NCBI GenBank assembly: GCA_034678725.1
Contig: JAXDBM010000078.1
Span: 5,730-69,729 of the forward strand
DNA length: 64,000 nt
Source: Syntrophales bacterium
GTDB lineage: Bacteria; Desulfobacterota; Syntrophia; Syntrophales; Fen-1087
Reading direction: 5' to 3'
Notes under the pieces: model-generated
The model's database searches: none
The model's input: the letters and a program-made list of their open reading frames with translations, nothing else
Told to the model about the DNA's origin: nothing
Position numbers and translations under genes: made by a program
Part shown: positions 62,838 through 64,000 of the stretch, one piece after another
Numbering within the stretch: the stretch's first letter is position 1
Layout: the number at the start of each line of letters is the position of its first letter

Positions 62838-64000
62838 AATCCATAAAAACCGCATCCGAGCGGGTTCGGAACCTGATCGGTGAAAAATCCAGACTGACCG
62901 GGAAACTTCCGAAATTTGTCCGCAACCCGCTCGCCCAGAAGTGGATCATCGCCCTTTGCCTGTGTCTGGTCCTGTCGCTGCTCCTGATCCCCCGAATCCA
63001 TCTCGGACGTCCGGATTTCAAAGTCGACATGATTGCCGCCGGCGACGTCAAGGCGGATCGCAGTTTCCTTGTGGAAGACAGGCTTGCCACGGAGCAAAAA
63101 AAGATCGATGCCCTGGCTGATGCCCGAAGCGTCTATGACTTTGACAGTGACATGCGTGCCCGGCTGGAAATCGGCCTGCGCAAAGCTTTCCTGTCGGCCG
63201 AAGAGTCTTATCTGCTGCAGGTGAGCGATTCCGGTTCCGGCGCACTTTCCCCCGCTGCCGGAAAGCCTGCTCTGTCTCAGTTGAAAGCCGATCTGGAGAA
63301 AAACCTGGGCATCGCCTTGACCTCCGTCGAGTTTGAAACCTTCCGCCGCCATGAATTTTCTCCCGCGATCACCGGCAAGATCACCAGACTGATTGCCGAC
63401 GCCACCGATTCCGTATGGATCACCCATGGAACCATCCCGAAGCAGGACATGGAACGGGGGATCATCACCCGCGACCTGAAAACACTGATTGAGCGGGAGA
63501 TGAAGGATTTCCCTCCGATACGCCACATGGACGAGATGGAAACCCTCCTCAAGAAAAAAGCTGGGCAACACCTGCGCGGGGTATCACCGGATATTCGGAT
63601 GGCGGCCCTCTCGCTGGCGAAAAAGATGATCCGGCCGAATCTGACGTTCAACCAGAATGCCACGGATCTGAAAAGGCAGGCGATCCTGGCGGGCGCGAAA
63701 CCGGTGTACTATCACGTGCAGTCCGGTGAAATGATTATCCGCGAGGGTGAAAAGATCAATCGGGGCCATCTGGACAAGCTGGAAGCGCTGTACAATGAGC
63801 GGGGAGCGAAAAGGTTCTCAGATATCTTTCACTTTCTGGGAATGTTTCTCACCATACTCTTCCTGGCCGTCCTGCTCTACCTTCTGTCCAGGAACTGGAT
63901 GAAAAAATCGGCGGACATCAACATCGACCTTCTTTTCGTCGGCATCGTATCCATCCTGCAGATCCTGATTGTCAAGTCCGCAATATTCATATCGGAAGCC
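62834..64000 (+). CDS. 7TM-HD family phosphohydrolase (PgpH/YqfF-like), N-terminal part, truncated at the window edge
   Basis: Not in the ORF track. Translation MKSIKTASERV...WIIALCLCLVLSLLLIP...GDVKADRSFLVED...VYDFD...IIREGEKI..., then TM helices; typical position after phoH. The HD domain lies outside the window. Confidence 0.8.
   Translation, partial: MKSIKTASERVRNLIGEKSRLTGKLPKFVRNPLAQKWIIALCLCLVLSLLLIPRIHLGRPDFKVDMIAAGDVKADRSFLVEDRLATEQKKIDALADARSVYDFDSDMRARLEIGLRKAFLSAEESYLLQVSDSGSGALSPAAGKPALSQLKADLEKNLGIALTSVEFETFRRHEFSPAITGKITRLIADATDSVWITHGTIPKQDMERGIITRDLKTLIEREMKDFPPIRHMDEMETLLKKKAGQHLRGVSPDIRMAALSLAKKMIRPNLTFNQNATDLKRQAILAGAKPVYYHVQSGEMIIREGEKINRGHLDKLEALYNERGAKRFSDIFHFLGMFLTILFLAVLLYLLSRNWMKKSADINIDLLFVGIVSILQILIVKSAIFISEA

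Overview
Mostly housekeeping, GC-rich, gene-dense chromosomal segment of an anaerobic Desulfobacterota bacterium, probably Syntrophales (Syntrophus/Smithella-like). The taxonomy is inferred from gene content (Re-citrate synthase-like enzyme, iorAB, PilS/PilR, group X PFK), not from a marker gene. About 48 CDS are supported, including adk, a UvrD/PcrA helicase, hisS-aspS, comEC, pilSR, a LIV-type ABC operon with an embedded acyl-CoA ligase, recJ, rpmB, pfkA, purMN, recG, kefF-kefC, hom-apgM, iorAB, a J-domain protein, dnaE, guaB, dtd, an M16 peptidase pair, an M20 hydrolase, phoH and a 7TM-HD protein. I found no tRNA, rRNA, CRISPR array or mobile element. The standout signal lies below the ORF-track size cutoff. 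A 29-codon Phe-rich leader peptide (17793-17882, ...RFFAFFSFFSE...) has a mutually exclusive antiterminator/terminator and a second, cascaded terminator. It sits directly upstream of the ABC transporter + acyl-CoA ligase operon, which implies phenylalanine-dependent ribosome-mediated attenuation of a transporter/ligase that family annotation would call branched-chain/fatty-acid. A plausible reading is a phenylacetate (aryl-acid) salvage route to Phe using IorAB. Other notable items are a Re-citrate synthase-like enzyme fused to a cytoplasmic Cache domain with most of the amino-acid-binding motif, and an HTH protein fused to a catalytically degenerate class III cyclase domain.
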